NCBI GenBank assembly: GCA_964016885.1
Contig: OZ024744.1
Span: forward strand, 6,262,001-6,326,000
Origin: Eledone cirrhosa
Lineage: Eukaryota
Length of the DNA: 64,000 nucleotides
Direction: 5' to 3'
Made by a program: the position numbers and the translations under genes. Under the pieces are notes generated by a model that did not search any database, was not told where the DNA came from, and saw only the letters and a program-made list of their open reading frames with translations. Positions within the stretch are counted from its first letter, which is position 1. The number at the start of each line of letters is the position of its first letter. This document shows positions 21,602 to 37,900 of this stretch, piece after piece.

Positions 21602-24600
21602 ATATATATTAGTGTGCGTCTGTGTATATTTGTACATATAAATTACAGTAAGAAAGAAAACAATGCGAGCTGACAAAGAAAAAAAGACAGAGGAACAATA
21701 ACATTAGGAACGACAATAGCAACAGCGAAAACATCACCAAGTCATGAGAAACACAAAACAACATTAAATGAAGAGAAAGGTGGTAACAACAATACGTAAT
21801 AAGACGGACAACAACAGCAATAACAACACCAATAACAACAGCAATAACAACAGCAATAACAACACCAATAACAACATCAATAAGAACATCAATAACACCA
21901 TTAACAACAACAATAATAACATCAATAACACCAATAACAACACCAATAACAACACCAATAACAACACCAATAATAACACCAATAACAACACCAATGTCCA
22001 CACCAATAACAACAGCAATAACACAAATAACATCAATAACAACACCAATAACAACAGTAATAACAACATCAATGACAACATCAATAACAACACCAATAAT
22101 AACAATAACAACACAAATAATAACAGCAATAAGAACATCAATAACAACACCAATAACAACACCAATAACAACACCAATAACAACAACAATAACAACACCA
22201 ATAACAACATCAATAACAACGGCAATAACAACAATAACAACATCAATAACAACACCAAGAACAACAATAACAACAGCAATAACAACAGCATTAACAACAT
22301 CAATAACACGAATAACAACACAAATAACAACACCAATAGCAACAGTAATAGCAACAATAATAACAACAATAACAACATCAATAACAAAACCAATAACAAC
22401 GGCAATAACAACATCAATAACAACAGCAATAAAAACGCCAATAAAAACATCAATAACAACACCAATAACAATATCAATAACAACACGAATAACAACACCA
22501 ATAGCACCAATAACCACAACGATAAACACATCAATAACAACACTAATAACAACACCAATAACAACATCAATAACAACAGCAATAACAACGTCAATAACAA
22601 CACATATAACAACAACATTAACACATCAATAACAACGGCAATAACAACACCAATAACTACATCAATAACAACACCAACAACACTAACAGCAAAAATAACA
22701 ACAGCAATAACAACAGCATTAACAACACCAATAACAACAGCAATAAAAACACCAATAACATCAACATCAACACCAATAACAACAGCAATAACAACACCAA
22801 TAACAACACGAATAACAATACCAACAACAACAATAACAACAACAATAACAACAGCAATAGCAACATCAATAACAAAACCAATAACAACATCAATAACAAC
22901 ACCAATAACAACAGTAATAACAACACCAATAATAACATCAATAACAAAACAACAATAATAACAAAAATAACAACAGCAATAACAACAGCAATAACAACAG
23001 CAATAACAACAGCATTAACAACACAAATAACAACAGCAATAAAAACACCAATAACATCAACATCAACACCAATAACAACAGCAATAACAACACCAATAAC
23101 AACACGAATAACAGCATAAAAAAACGGCAATATCAACACCAATAACAATATCAATAACAACACCAACAATAACAACAACAATAACAACAGCAATAACAAC
23201 AACAATAGCAACGTCAATAACACCAATAACAACACCACTAACAACACCAATAACACCAATAGCAAAACCAACAACAACAAAAACAACAAAAACAACACCA
23301 ATAACAACATCAATAACATCAACAGCAATAACAACAATAACAACAGCAACAACAAGAATAAAAACAAAAATAACAACAGCAATAACCACATCAATAACAA
23401 CACCAATAACAACAGCAATAACAACACCAATAACAGCATCAATAACAACACCAATAACAACATCAATAACAGCAATAACATCAATAACAACACCAATAAC
23501 AACACAAATAACAACACCAATAACAACATCAAAAACAACAACAATAACAACACCAATAACAACATCAATAACAACACCAATAACCACAAAAAAACAACAT
23601 CAATAACAACAACAATAACAACAACAATAACAACAACAATAACAAAAACAACAATAACAACACAAATAACAACATCAATAACAACACCAACAACAATAAA
23701 AACAAAAATAACAACAGCAAAAACAACATCAAGACCAACACCAATAACAACATCAATAACAACACCAATAACAGCAATAACAACACCAATAACAACACCA
23801 ATAACAACATCAATAACAACAATAATAACAACAAAAATAACAACACCAATAACAACATCAATAACAAGACCAATAACAACACCAATAACAACAACAATAA
23901 CAACATCAATAACAACACCAATAACAACACCAATAGCAACACCAATAACACCAATAACAACATCAATAACAACACCAATAACAACACCAATAACGCAAAT
24001 AAAATCAATAAAAACACCAATAACAACACCAATAACAACATCAACGACAACAACAATAACAACACCAATTCAACATTAATAACACCAATAGCATCAATGA
24101 CAACACCAATAACATCAACAATAACAACATCAATAACAACATCAACAACAACATCAATAGCAACACCAATAACAATATCAATAACAACGATAACACCAAT
24201 AACAACACCAATAACATCAATAACAACAGCAAACACAACACCAATAACAACATCAATAACAACAGCAATAACAACACCAATAACAACACCAATAACAACA
24301 CCGTTAACACCAATAAAACCATGAATAACACCAATAACAATACCAATGACAACAATAACAACAGCAATAGCAACATGAATAACAAAACCAATAACATCAA
24401 CAATAACAACATCAATAACAACATCAACAACAACATCAATAGCAACACCAATAACAATATCAATAACAACGATAACACCAATAACAACACCAATAACACC
24501 AACAACAACAATAACAACAGCAATAGCAACATGAATAACAAAACCAATAACAACATCAATAACAACACCAATAACAACGGTAATAACAACACCAATAATA

Positions 24601-25715
24601 ACATCAATAATAAAAACAACAATAATAACAAAAATAACAACAGCAATAACAACAGCAATAACATATCAATAAAACCAATAACAACACCAATAACAATATC
24701 AATAACAAAACCAATAACAACAATAACAACAGCAATTACAACAGAAACAACAAGATCAATAAGAACAACTATAACAACAACAATAACAACAACAATAACT
24801 ACATCAATAACAACAGCAATAAAAACACCAATAACAACATAATAACAACACAAATAACAACATCAATAACAACACCAATAACAATAGCAATAACATCGTC
24901 GATAACAACGGCAATAACAACACCAATAACAACAATAACACCAACAATAATAACAGCAATAACAACAGCAACAACAACATCAATAACACCAATAACAACA
25001 CCAATAACACCAATAGCAAAATCAATATCACCACAAATAACAACACCAACAAAATCAATAACAAAATCAATGACAAAACCAATAACAACACGAATAACAA
25101 CACCAATAACAACACAGTAATAACAACATCAATAACAACATCAATAACAACACCAGTAACAACACCAATAAAAACATCATTAACACAATAACAACAACAA
25201 TAACAACAACAATAACAACACCAATAACAACAATAACAACATCAATAACAACATCAATAACAACAATAACAACATCAATAACAACACCAATAACAACACC
25301 AATAACAACGATAACACCAATAACAACACCAATAACACCAATAACATCAATAACAACAGCAAACACAACACCAATAACAACATCAATAACAACACCAATA
25401 ACAACACCAATAACAACACCAATAACAACACCGTTAACAACAATAAAACCATGAATAACACCAATAACAATACCAATGACAACACCAATAACGACACCAA
25501 TAACAACATCAATAACAACAATAACATAAATAACAACACCAATAACAACAACAATAACAACATCAATAACAACAGCAATAACAACATCAATAGCAACATC
25601 AATAACACAAATAACAACACCAATAACACCAATAACAAATCAATAACACCAATAAGAACAGCAATAGCAAAATCAATAACAAAAGCAATAACAACACCAA
25701 TAACAACACCAATAA

Positions 25716-25792
25716 TGATTTCTTTATTAACCACAAGGGTTTACATATAGTAGACATTAAGGACAGTGCAGGACAATGCAGGACGGTACAAA
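25716..25792 (-). mobile_element. ~75-bp 3' end of a probable non-LTR retroelement inside the satellite
   Basis: The only unique sequence seen in the array. The minus strand ends ..cccttgtggttAATAAAgaaatca and runs into the AAT repeat. Confidence 0.55.
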
Positions 25793-25977
25793 TGGTGTTG
25801 TTATTTGTGTTATTGATGTTGCTATTGATGTTGTTATTGGTGTTGTGTTTGCTGTTGTTATTGATGTTATTGGTGTTATTGGTGTTGTTATTGGTGTTAT
25901 CGTTGTTATTGGTGTTATTCATGGTTTTATTGGTGTTAACGGTGTTGTTATTGGTGTTGTTATTGGTGTTGTTATTG
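25793..25977 (-). repeat. Inverted satellite patch
   Basis: The strand composition flips to GGTGTTGTTATT for 185 bp. Confidence 0.97.
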
Positions 25978-28900
25978 CAACACCAATAATAACATCAATA
26001 ATAACAACAACAATAACAACAACAATAACAACAGCAATAACAACAGCAATAACAACATCAATATAAACAATAACAACACCCATAACACCAATAACAATAT
26101 CAATAACACCAATAACAACACCTATAAAAACACCAATAACAAAATTAAAAACAAAACCAATACAACAATAACAACAACAATAACAACAGCAATAACAACA
26201 CCAAAAACAACATGAATAACAACACCAATAACGACACAAATAACAACATCAATAATAACAACTATAAAAACACCAATAACAACAGCAATAGCAAAATCAA
26301 TAACAAAACCAATAACAACAGCAATGACAACATCAATAACAACAGTAACAACAACACCAATAATAACATCAATAACAACAACAACAACGATAACAACAAT
26401 AACAACATCAATAACACCACAAATAACAACACCAGCAGCAAAATCAATAACAAAACCAATAACAACACGAATAACGACACCAATAAAAACAGCAATTACA
26501 ACATCAATAACAACACCAACACCAACGTCAATAACAACAACTATAAAAACAACAATAACAACAATAACAACTACAATAACAACACAAATAAAAATATTAA
26601 TAACAACACCAACAACAATAACATCAAAAATAACAATAGCAATAACAACATCAATAACAACACCAATAACATCAATAACAACATCAATAACAACACAAAT
26701 AACAAAATCACTAACAAAATCAATAACAAAACCAATAACAACAGCAATTACAACACCAAAAACAACATCAATAACAACACCAATAACAACAGAAACAACA
26801 AGATCAATAAGAACAACTATAACAACAACAATAACAACATCAATAACAACAGCAATAACAACAATAACAACACCAATAACAACATAAATAACAACACAAA
26901 TAACAACATCAATAACAACACCAATAACAATAACAATAACAATAACATCATCAATAACAACGGCAATAACAACACAAATAACAACATCAATAACAACACC
27001 AACAACAACAATAACAACAACAATAATAACAGCAATAACAACAGCAACAACAACATCAATAACACCAATAACAACATCACTAACAACAACTATAACAACA
27101 AAAATAACAAAAACAATAACTACACCAATAACAACACCAATAACAACAACACTAAAAACACAATAATACCATCAATAACAACAACTATAACAACAATAAT
27201 AACAACAACAATAACAATAACAATAACAACAGCAATAACAACAGCAACAACAACATCAATAACACCAATAACAACATCAATAACACCACAAATAAAAACA
27301 CCAACAGCAAAATCAATAACAAAACCAATAACAACACCAATAACAACATCATTAACACAATAACAACAACAATAACAACACCAATAACAACAATAACAAC
27401 ATCAATAACAACATCAATAACAACACTAGTAACAACACCAATAACAACATCATTAACACAATAACAACAACAATAACAACAACAATAACAACACCAATAA
27501 CAACAATAACAACATCAATAACAACACCAATAACAACACCAATTACAACATCAATAACAACATCAATAACAACAACAATAACAACATCAATAACAACAGC
27601 AATAACAACAGCGACAACAACATCAATAACACCAATAACAACATCGATAACAACACCAATAACAACAACAATAACAACACCAATAAAACCAACAACAACA
27701 TCAATAACACCAATAACAATACCAATAACACCAATAACATCTAGAATAACAAAACCAATAACAACACCAATTCAACATCAATAACACCAATAACATCAAT
27801 AACATCACTAATAATAACAATAATAACATCATCAATAACAACAGCAATAACAACAACAATAACAACATCAATAACAACAGCAATAACAACATCAATAGCA
27901 ACATCGATAACACCAATAACAACACCAATAACACCAATAACAACACCAGCAACATCAATAACAACATCAATAACAACACCAATAACAACATCAGTAACAA
28001 TACCAACAATAACAATAACAACAACAATAACAACATGAATAACAACACCAATAACAACACCGATAACAATATCAATAACAACAATAAAAACATCAATAAA
28101 AACACCAATAACAAAACCAATAACAATACCAATAACAAAACCAATAACAACACCAATAACAACACCAATAACAACACCAATAACAACATCAGTACCAACT
28201 TCAATAACACCAATAACAAAACAATAACAACACCAATAACAACAATAACAACATCAATAACAACACGAACAACAACAATACCAACAGAAATAATAACAGC
28301 AATAAGAACATCAATAACAACACCAATAACAAGACCAATAACAAGACCAATAACAACACAAATAACAACATCAGTACCAACTTCAATAACACCAATAACA
28401 ACACCAATAACAACAATAACAACATCAAACAACAATAACAACATCAATAACAACACCAAGAACAACAATACCAACACAAGTAATAACAGCAATAATAACA
28501 TCAATAACAACACCAATAACAACACCAATAACAACACCAAAAACAACACCAATAACAACAGCAATAACAACACCAATAACAGCATCAATAACAACAGCAA
28601 TAACAACATTAATAACACCAATAACAACACCATTAACAACGTCAATAACAACACCGATAAAAATATCGATAACAACAATAACAGCAAGAATAACAGAAAT
28701 AATAACAACATCAATAACAACACAAATAACAACAATAAAAATATCAAAAACAACACCAATTACAATACCAATAACAACATCAATAACAACAACAATAACA
28801 GCACCAATAACAACACCAATAACAACATCAATATCAACAATAGCTACACCAATAACAACATCAATAAAACCAATAACAACATCAATAATACCAATAACAA

Positions 28901-31900
28901 CACCAATAGCAACATCAATAACAAAACCAATAACAACACCAATAACAGCATCAATAACAACCACAATAACAACACCAATTCAACATCAATAACACCAATA
29001 ACATCAATAACATCACTAATAGTAACAATAATAACATCATCAATAACAAAAGCAATAACAACCCCAATAACAACAATAACAACACCAATAACAACGCAAA
29101 TAACAACACCAATAACAACACCAGCAATATCAATAACAACATCAATAACAACACAATAACAGCATCAATAACAATACCAACAACAATAACAACATCAATA
29201 ACAACACCAATAGCTACAATAAAAACATCAATAACAACACCAATAACAACACCAATAACAACAACAATAACAACAACAATAACACCAATAACATCAATAT
29301 CAACGACAATAATCACAAAAATAACCACATCAATAACAACAACAATTACAGCACCAATAACAACAACAATAACACCAATAACAACATCATAAACACCAAT
29401 AAAAACACCAATAGCAACATCAAAATCAAAACCAATAACAAAACCAATAACAACAGTAATAACAACATCAATAACAACATCAATAGCAACACCAATAACA
29501 ACATCAATAACAATACCAACAACAACAATAACAACAACAATAACAACAGCAATAGCAACATCAATAACAAAACCAATAACAACAGCAATGACAACACCAA
29601 TAACAACAGTAATAACAACACCAATAATAACATCAATAACAACAACAACAATAATAACAACAATAATAACAACAATAACAACAGCAATATCAACATCAAT
29701 AACACCAAAAACAACGCCAATAACACCAATAACAATATGAATAACACCAATAACAACAAAAATAACAACGTCAATAACAACAACTATAAAAAGATCAATA
29801 ACAACAATAACAACTACAAGAACAACACAAATAAAAAACATTATTAAAACACCATCAAAAATCACCAACAACAGCAATAACAACACCAATAACAACAACA
29901 ATAACAACATCAATAACAACACCAATAACAACACCAATAACAACAGCAATAACAACACCAATAACAACATCAATAACAACACCAATAACATCATCACTAA
30001 CAACGGTAATATCAACACCAAGAACAACCTCAATAACAACACCAACAACCTCAATAACAACACCAACAACACCAATAACAACACCAATAACAATACCAAT
30101 AACAAGATCAATAACACCAACAACACCAATCACAACACGAATAAGAACACTAATAACAACAACAATAACAACATCAATAAGAACATCAATAACAACACCA
30201 ATAACAACACCAATAACAACATCACTAACAACAACTATAACAACAAAAATAACAAAAACAATAACTACACCAATAACAACACCAATAACAACAACACTAA
30301 AAACACAATAATACCATCAATAACAACAACTATAACAACAATAATAACAACAACAATAACAATAACAATAACAACACCTATAATAACATCAACAACAAAA
30401 CCAAAAACAACAGCAATAGCAACACCAATAACAACATCAATAACACCAATAACAACACCAATAACAACACCAATAAAAACACCAATAACAACAGTAATAA
30501 CAACATCAATAACAGCATCAATAGCAACACCAATAACCACATCAATAACATTAACAACAACAAGAATAACAACAGTAGTAGCAACATCAATAACAAAACC
30601 AATAACAACACCAATGAAAACACCAATAACAACAGTAATAACAAGATCAATAACAACATCAATAACAACAACAATAACAACAGCAATAAAAACATCAGTA
30701 ACACAAATAACAACAAAAATAACAACACCAATAACACGAATAACGACATCAATAACGCCAATGACAACAACAATAACAACACCAATAACAACATCAATAA
30801 CACCAATAACACCAATATCAACACCAATAACAACACCAATAACAACACCAATAACAACAACAATAACAACAATAATACCAATAACATCAAGAACAACAAT
30901 AACAACACAAATAAGAACATCAATAAGATAACCAATAACAACACCAATAACAACATCAATAACACCAATAACATCAATAACAACACCAATAACACCACCA
31001 ATAACAACAACAATAATAACACCAATAACAACATCAATAACAACACTAATAATATACCAATAGCAACACCACAACAACAATAACAACAACAATAACAAAA
31101 GCAATAACAACAGCAATAACACCAATAACAACACCAATAACACCAATAACAACATCAACAACACCAATCGCAACACGAATATCAAAACCAATATCAACAC
31201 CAATAGCAACATCAATAACAAAGCCAATAACAACACCAGTAACAATACCAATAACAACACCAATAACAACAGCAATAACAACACCAATAACAACATCAAT
31301 AACATCAATAACAACATCAATAACAACAACAATAACAACACCAATAACATCAATAACACCAATAACAACACCAATAGGAACATCAATAACAAAACTAATA
31401 ACAACACCAATAACAACAACAATAACAACAACAATAACAACATCAATAACAACACCAATAACATACCAATAGCAACAACAACAACAACAATAACAACAAC
31501 AATAACAAAAGCAATAACCACATCAATTACACCAATAACAATTATAACAATATCAATAACAACAATCACAACAGGAATAACAAAAGCAATAACAACAGCA
31601 ATAACACTAATAACAACACCAATAACAACACCAATAACACCAATAACAACATTAATAACAACAAAAATAAAAACAGCAATAGCAACATCAATTACAAAAC
31701 CAATAACAACAACATTAACAACAGTAATAACAACATCAATAAAAAAAATCAATAACAACATCAATAACAACACTAATAATAACATCAATAACATCATGAA
31801 TAACAACGGCAATAACAACTCCAATAACAACATCAATAATAACACCATCAACAACAATAAGAACAATAACAAAAGCAATAAGAACACCAATAACAACACC

Positions 31901-34900
31901 AATAACAACAACAATAACACCAATAACAACATCAATAACACCAATAACAACACCAATAGCAAAACAATAACAAAACCAATAACAACCCCAATAACAACAG
32001 TAAAAACAACATCAATAACAACACCAATAACAACACCAATAACAACATCAATAACAACAATAACAACAACAATAACAACATCAATAACAACATCAATAAC
32101 AACTCCAACAACAACGTCAATAACAACAACTATAAAAACAACAATAACAACTACAATAACAACCACAACAACAACAACAACAAAAATAATTATAGCAATA
32201 ACAACATCAATAACAACAACAATACCAACATCAATAACAGCAACTATAAGAAGAAAAATAACAACAGCAATAACAACATCAATAAGAACAGCAATAACAA
32301 CACCAATAGCAACATCAATAACAACACCAATAACATCATCAATAACAACGGCAATATCAACACTAATAACATCATCAATAACAACATCAACAACAACAAT
32401 ATCAACAACAATAACAACAGCAATAACAACATTAATAACACCAATAACAACACCAATAAGAACACTAATAACATCTACAATAACAACATCAATAAGAACA
32501 TCAATAACAATACCAATAACAACATCAATAACAACAACTATAACAACAACAATAACAACAACAATAACAAAAACAATAACAACACCAATAACAATATCAA
32601 TAACACTAACAACATCAATAACAGCAATAAAAACACCGATAACAACATCAATAACAACAACAATGACAACACAATAACAACATCAATAACAACAACTATA
32701 ACAACAATAATAACAACAACAATAACAACAACAATAACAACAACAATAACAACAGCAATATCAACACCAATAACAACAACAATAACAACACCAATAGGAA
32801 CATCAATAACAAAACCAATAACAACACCAATAAAAACACCAATAACAACATCAATAACAACATCAATAAAAACATCAATAACAACACCAATAACAACATC
32901 AAGAACATAAACAACAATAACAACAACAATAACAACAGCAATAACAACAGCAATAACAACATAATAACACCAATAAAATCAAAAATAACAAAACCAATAA
33001 CACAAATAACATCAATAACGCCAATAACAACACCAATGACAACACCAATAACAACATCAATAACAACACCATTAACCACATCAATAACAACAACATCAAT
33101 AACAACATCAATAACAACACCAATAACAACACCAATAACAACATCAATAACACCAATAACACCAATATCAACACCAATAACAACACCTCAATAACAACAC
33201 CAATAATAACATCAATAACACCAATAACAACAACAATAATAACACCAATATTTAACATCAATAACAACACCAATAACATACCAATAGCAACACCACAACA
33301 ACAATAACAACAACAATAACAACAGCAATAACCACATCAATAACACCAATAAAAACAACAATAACAACATCAATATCAACAACAATCACAACAGCAATAA
33401 TAAAAGCAACAAAAACAACATCAATAACAACATCAATAGCAACACCAATAACAACATCAATAACAATACCATCAACAAGAATAACAACAACAATATCAAC
33501 AGTAATAATAACATCAATAACAATACCAAAAACAACAATAACAGCAACAATAACAACATCAATAACAACATCAATAACAACACCAATAACAACAACAATA
33601 ACAACAACAATAACAACAACAATAACAACAACAATAATACCAATAACAACACCAATAACACTAATAACAACAACAATAACAACATCAAGAACAACAACAA
33701 TAACAACACAATAACACCATCAATAACAACAACTATAACAACAATAATAACAACAACAATAACAACAATAACAACAGCAATAACAACACCTATTACAACA
33801 TCAATAACAACACCAACAACAATAACAACAGCAATAACAACACCAATAACAACAGCAATAACAACACCAATAACAACAACAATAACAACAACAATAACAA
33901 CATCAATAACAACACCAATATCATACCAATAGCAACAACAACAACAACAATAACAAAAGAAGTAACCACATCAATTACACCAATAACAACAATAACAACA
34001 TCAATAACAGCAACAATCACAACAGCAATAACAAAAGCAATAACAACACCAATAACAACACGAATAACACAAATAACAACATTAATAACAACAACAAGAA
34101 CAACAGCAATAGCAACATCAATAACAAAACCAATAACAACAACAATAACAACAGTAATAACAACATCAATAACAAAATCAATAACAACATCAATAACAAC
34201 ACTAATAATAACATCAATAACAACACCAACAACAACAATAACAAAAACAATAACAACAGAAGTAACAACACCAAAAACAACATCAATAACAACACCAATA
34301 ACAACATAAATAACAACATCAATAAGAACAACTATAACAACAACAATAACAACACCAATAACAACACCAATAAAAACATCAATAACACCATTAACAACAC
34401 AAATAACCACACAAATAGCAACATCAATAAAAAAAAACAATAACAACAGCAATAACATCATCAATAACAACGGAAATAACAACACCAATAACAACATCAA
34501 TAACAACACCAACAACAACAATAACAACAACAATAACACCAATAACAACATCTATAACACCAATAACAACACCAATAATAACACAAATAGCAAATCAATA
34601 ACAAAACCAATAACAACACCAATAACAACAGTAATAACAACATCAATAACAACACCAATAACAACATCAATAACAACAATAACAACAACAATAACAACAC
34701 CAATAACAACATCAATAACAACACCAACAACAACGTCAATAATAACAACTATAAAAACAACAATAACAACAACAATAACAACTACAATAACAACACAAAT
34801 AACAACATTAATAACAACACCAACAACAATAACAACAAAAATAACTATAGCAATAACAACATCAATAACAACATCAATAACAACATCAATAACAACTATA

Positions 34901-37900
34901 TGAAGAAAAATAACCACAGCAAAAACAACACCAATAACAGCAACAATAACAACATCAATAACAACAGCAATAACAACACCAATAACAACATCAATAACAA
35001 CACCAATAACATCATCAATAACCACGGCAATATCAACACTAATAACATCATCAATAACAACATCAACAACAACAATAACAACAACAATAACAACAACAAT
35101 AACAACAGCAATAACAACAGCCATAACAACATTAATAACACCAATAACAACACCAATAACAACATCAATAAGACCAATAACAACACCAATAAGAACACTA
35201 ATAACAACAACAATAACAACACCAATAACAACAACAATAACAACAACAATAACAACAATAATAACAAAAACAAGAATAACACCAATAACAACATCAATAA
35301 CACCAACAAAATCAATAACTGCAATAACAACACCAATAACATCATCAATAACAACCACAATAACTACACAATAACACCATCAATAACAACAAATATAACA
35401 ACAATAATAACAACAACAATAACAACAACAATAACGACAGCAATATCAACACCAATAACAACATCAATAACACCAATAACAACAACAATAACAACAACAA
35501 TAACAACACCAATAACATCATCAATAACAACGGAAATAACAACACCAATAACACCATCAATAACAACACCAACAACAACAATAACAACAACAATAACACC
35601 AATAACATCAATAACAACACCAATAACACCACCAATAACAACACCAATAACATCAATAACACCAATAACAACACCAATAGGAACATCAATAACAAAACCA
35701 ATAACAAAACCAATAACAACATCAATAACACCAATAACATCAATAACAACACCAATAAAACCACCAATAACAACAACAATAAAAACACCAATAACAACAG
35801 TAACAACAACATCAATGACAACATCAATAGCAACACCAATAACAACATCAATAACAATACCAACAACAAGAATAACAACAACAATAGTAACATCAATAAC
35901 AAAACCAATAACAACACCAATAATAACACCAATAAGCACAGTAATAACAACATCAATAACAACATCAATAACAACACTAATAACAACATCAAGAACAAAA
36001 ACAACAATAACGACAACAATAACAACAGCAATAACAACATAATAACACCAATAAAAACGAAAATAACAAAACCAATAACACAAATAACAACATCAATAAC
36101 TCCAATAACAACACCAATAGCAACACCAATAACAACACCAATAACAACATCAATAACAACATCAATAACAACACCATTAACCACATCAATAACAACAACA
36201 TCAATAACAACATCAATAATAACACCAGTACCAACACCAATAACAACACCAATAATAACATCAATATCAGCAATAACAACACCAATAACAACACAAATAA
36301 TAACATCAATAACACCAATATCAAGAATAACAACAATAACAACACAAATAACAACATCAATAACAACATCAATAACTGCAATAACATCAATAACAACACC
36401 AATAACACCACCAATAACAACATCAATAACAACACCAATAACATACCAATACCATCACCAACAACAACAATAACAACAACAATAACTACAGCAACAACCA
36501 CATCAATAACACCAATAACAACAACAATAACAACATCAATAACAACAGCAATAACAACCGCAATAAAACGAATAACAACACCAATAACACCAATAACAAC
36601 ACGAATATCAACACGAATATCAACACCAACAGCAACATCAACAACAACACCAACAACAAAAATAACAACAGCAATAACAACATCAATAAGAACATCAATA
36701 ATAACATCAATATCAGCAATAACAACACCAATAACAACACAAATAATAACATCAATAACACCAATATCAAGAACAACAACAATAACAACACAAATAACAA
36801 CATCAATAAGAACACCAATAACAACAATAACCACATCAATAACAACACCAATAACAACACCAATAACACCAATAACATCAAGAACAACAACAATAACAAC
36901 ACAAATAACAACATCAATAACATGACCATTAACAACATCAATAACAACATCAATAACTGCAATAACATCAATAACAACACCAATAACACCACCAATAACA
37001 ACATCAATAACAACACCAATAACATACCAATACCAACACCAACAACAACAATAACAACAACAATAACAACAGCAATAACCACATCAATAACACCAATAAC
37101 AACAACAATAACAACATCAATAACAACAACAATAACAACCGCAATAAAACGAATAACAACACCAATAACAACACCAGTAACACCAATAACAACAGGAATA
37201 TCAACACGAAGATCAACACCAATAGCAAAACCAATAGCAACATCAACAACAACACCAACAACAAAAATAACAACAGCAATAACAACATCAATAAGAACAT
37301 CAATAACAACACCAATAACAACACCAATAACAACATCAATAACATCAACTATAACAACATGAACAATAACAAAACCAATAACAATATCAATCACAATAAC
37401 AACATCAATAACAGCAATAACAACACCAATAACAACATCAAACAACAACAATAACACCACAATAACAACTATAACAACAATAATAACAACAACAATAACA
37501 ACAAAAATAACAACAGCAATAAAAACATCAATAACAACACTAATAACAACGGCGATCACAAGACCAATAACAACATCAATAACACCAATAACAACACCAA
37601 TAACAACAAAAATATAAACACCAATAACAACAGTAATAACAACATCAATAACAACATCAATAGCAACACCAATAACAACATCAATAACAATACCAACAAC
37701 AGAAATAACAACAGCAATAGCAACATCAGTAACAAAACCAATACAAACACCAATAACAACAGTAATAACAACATCAATAACAACATGAATAACAACAAAA
37801 ATAACAGCACCCATAACACAAATAACAATATCAATAACGCCAATAAGAAAACAAATAACAAGACCAATAACAACATCAATAACACCAATAACACCAATGT

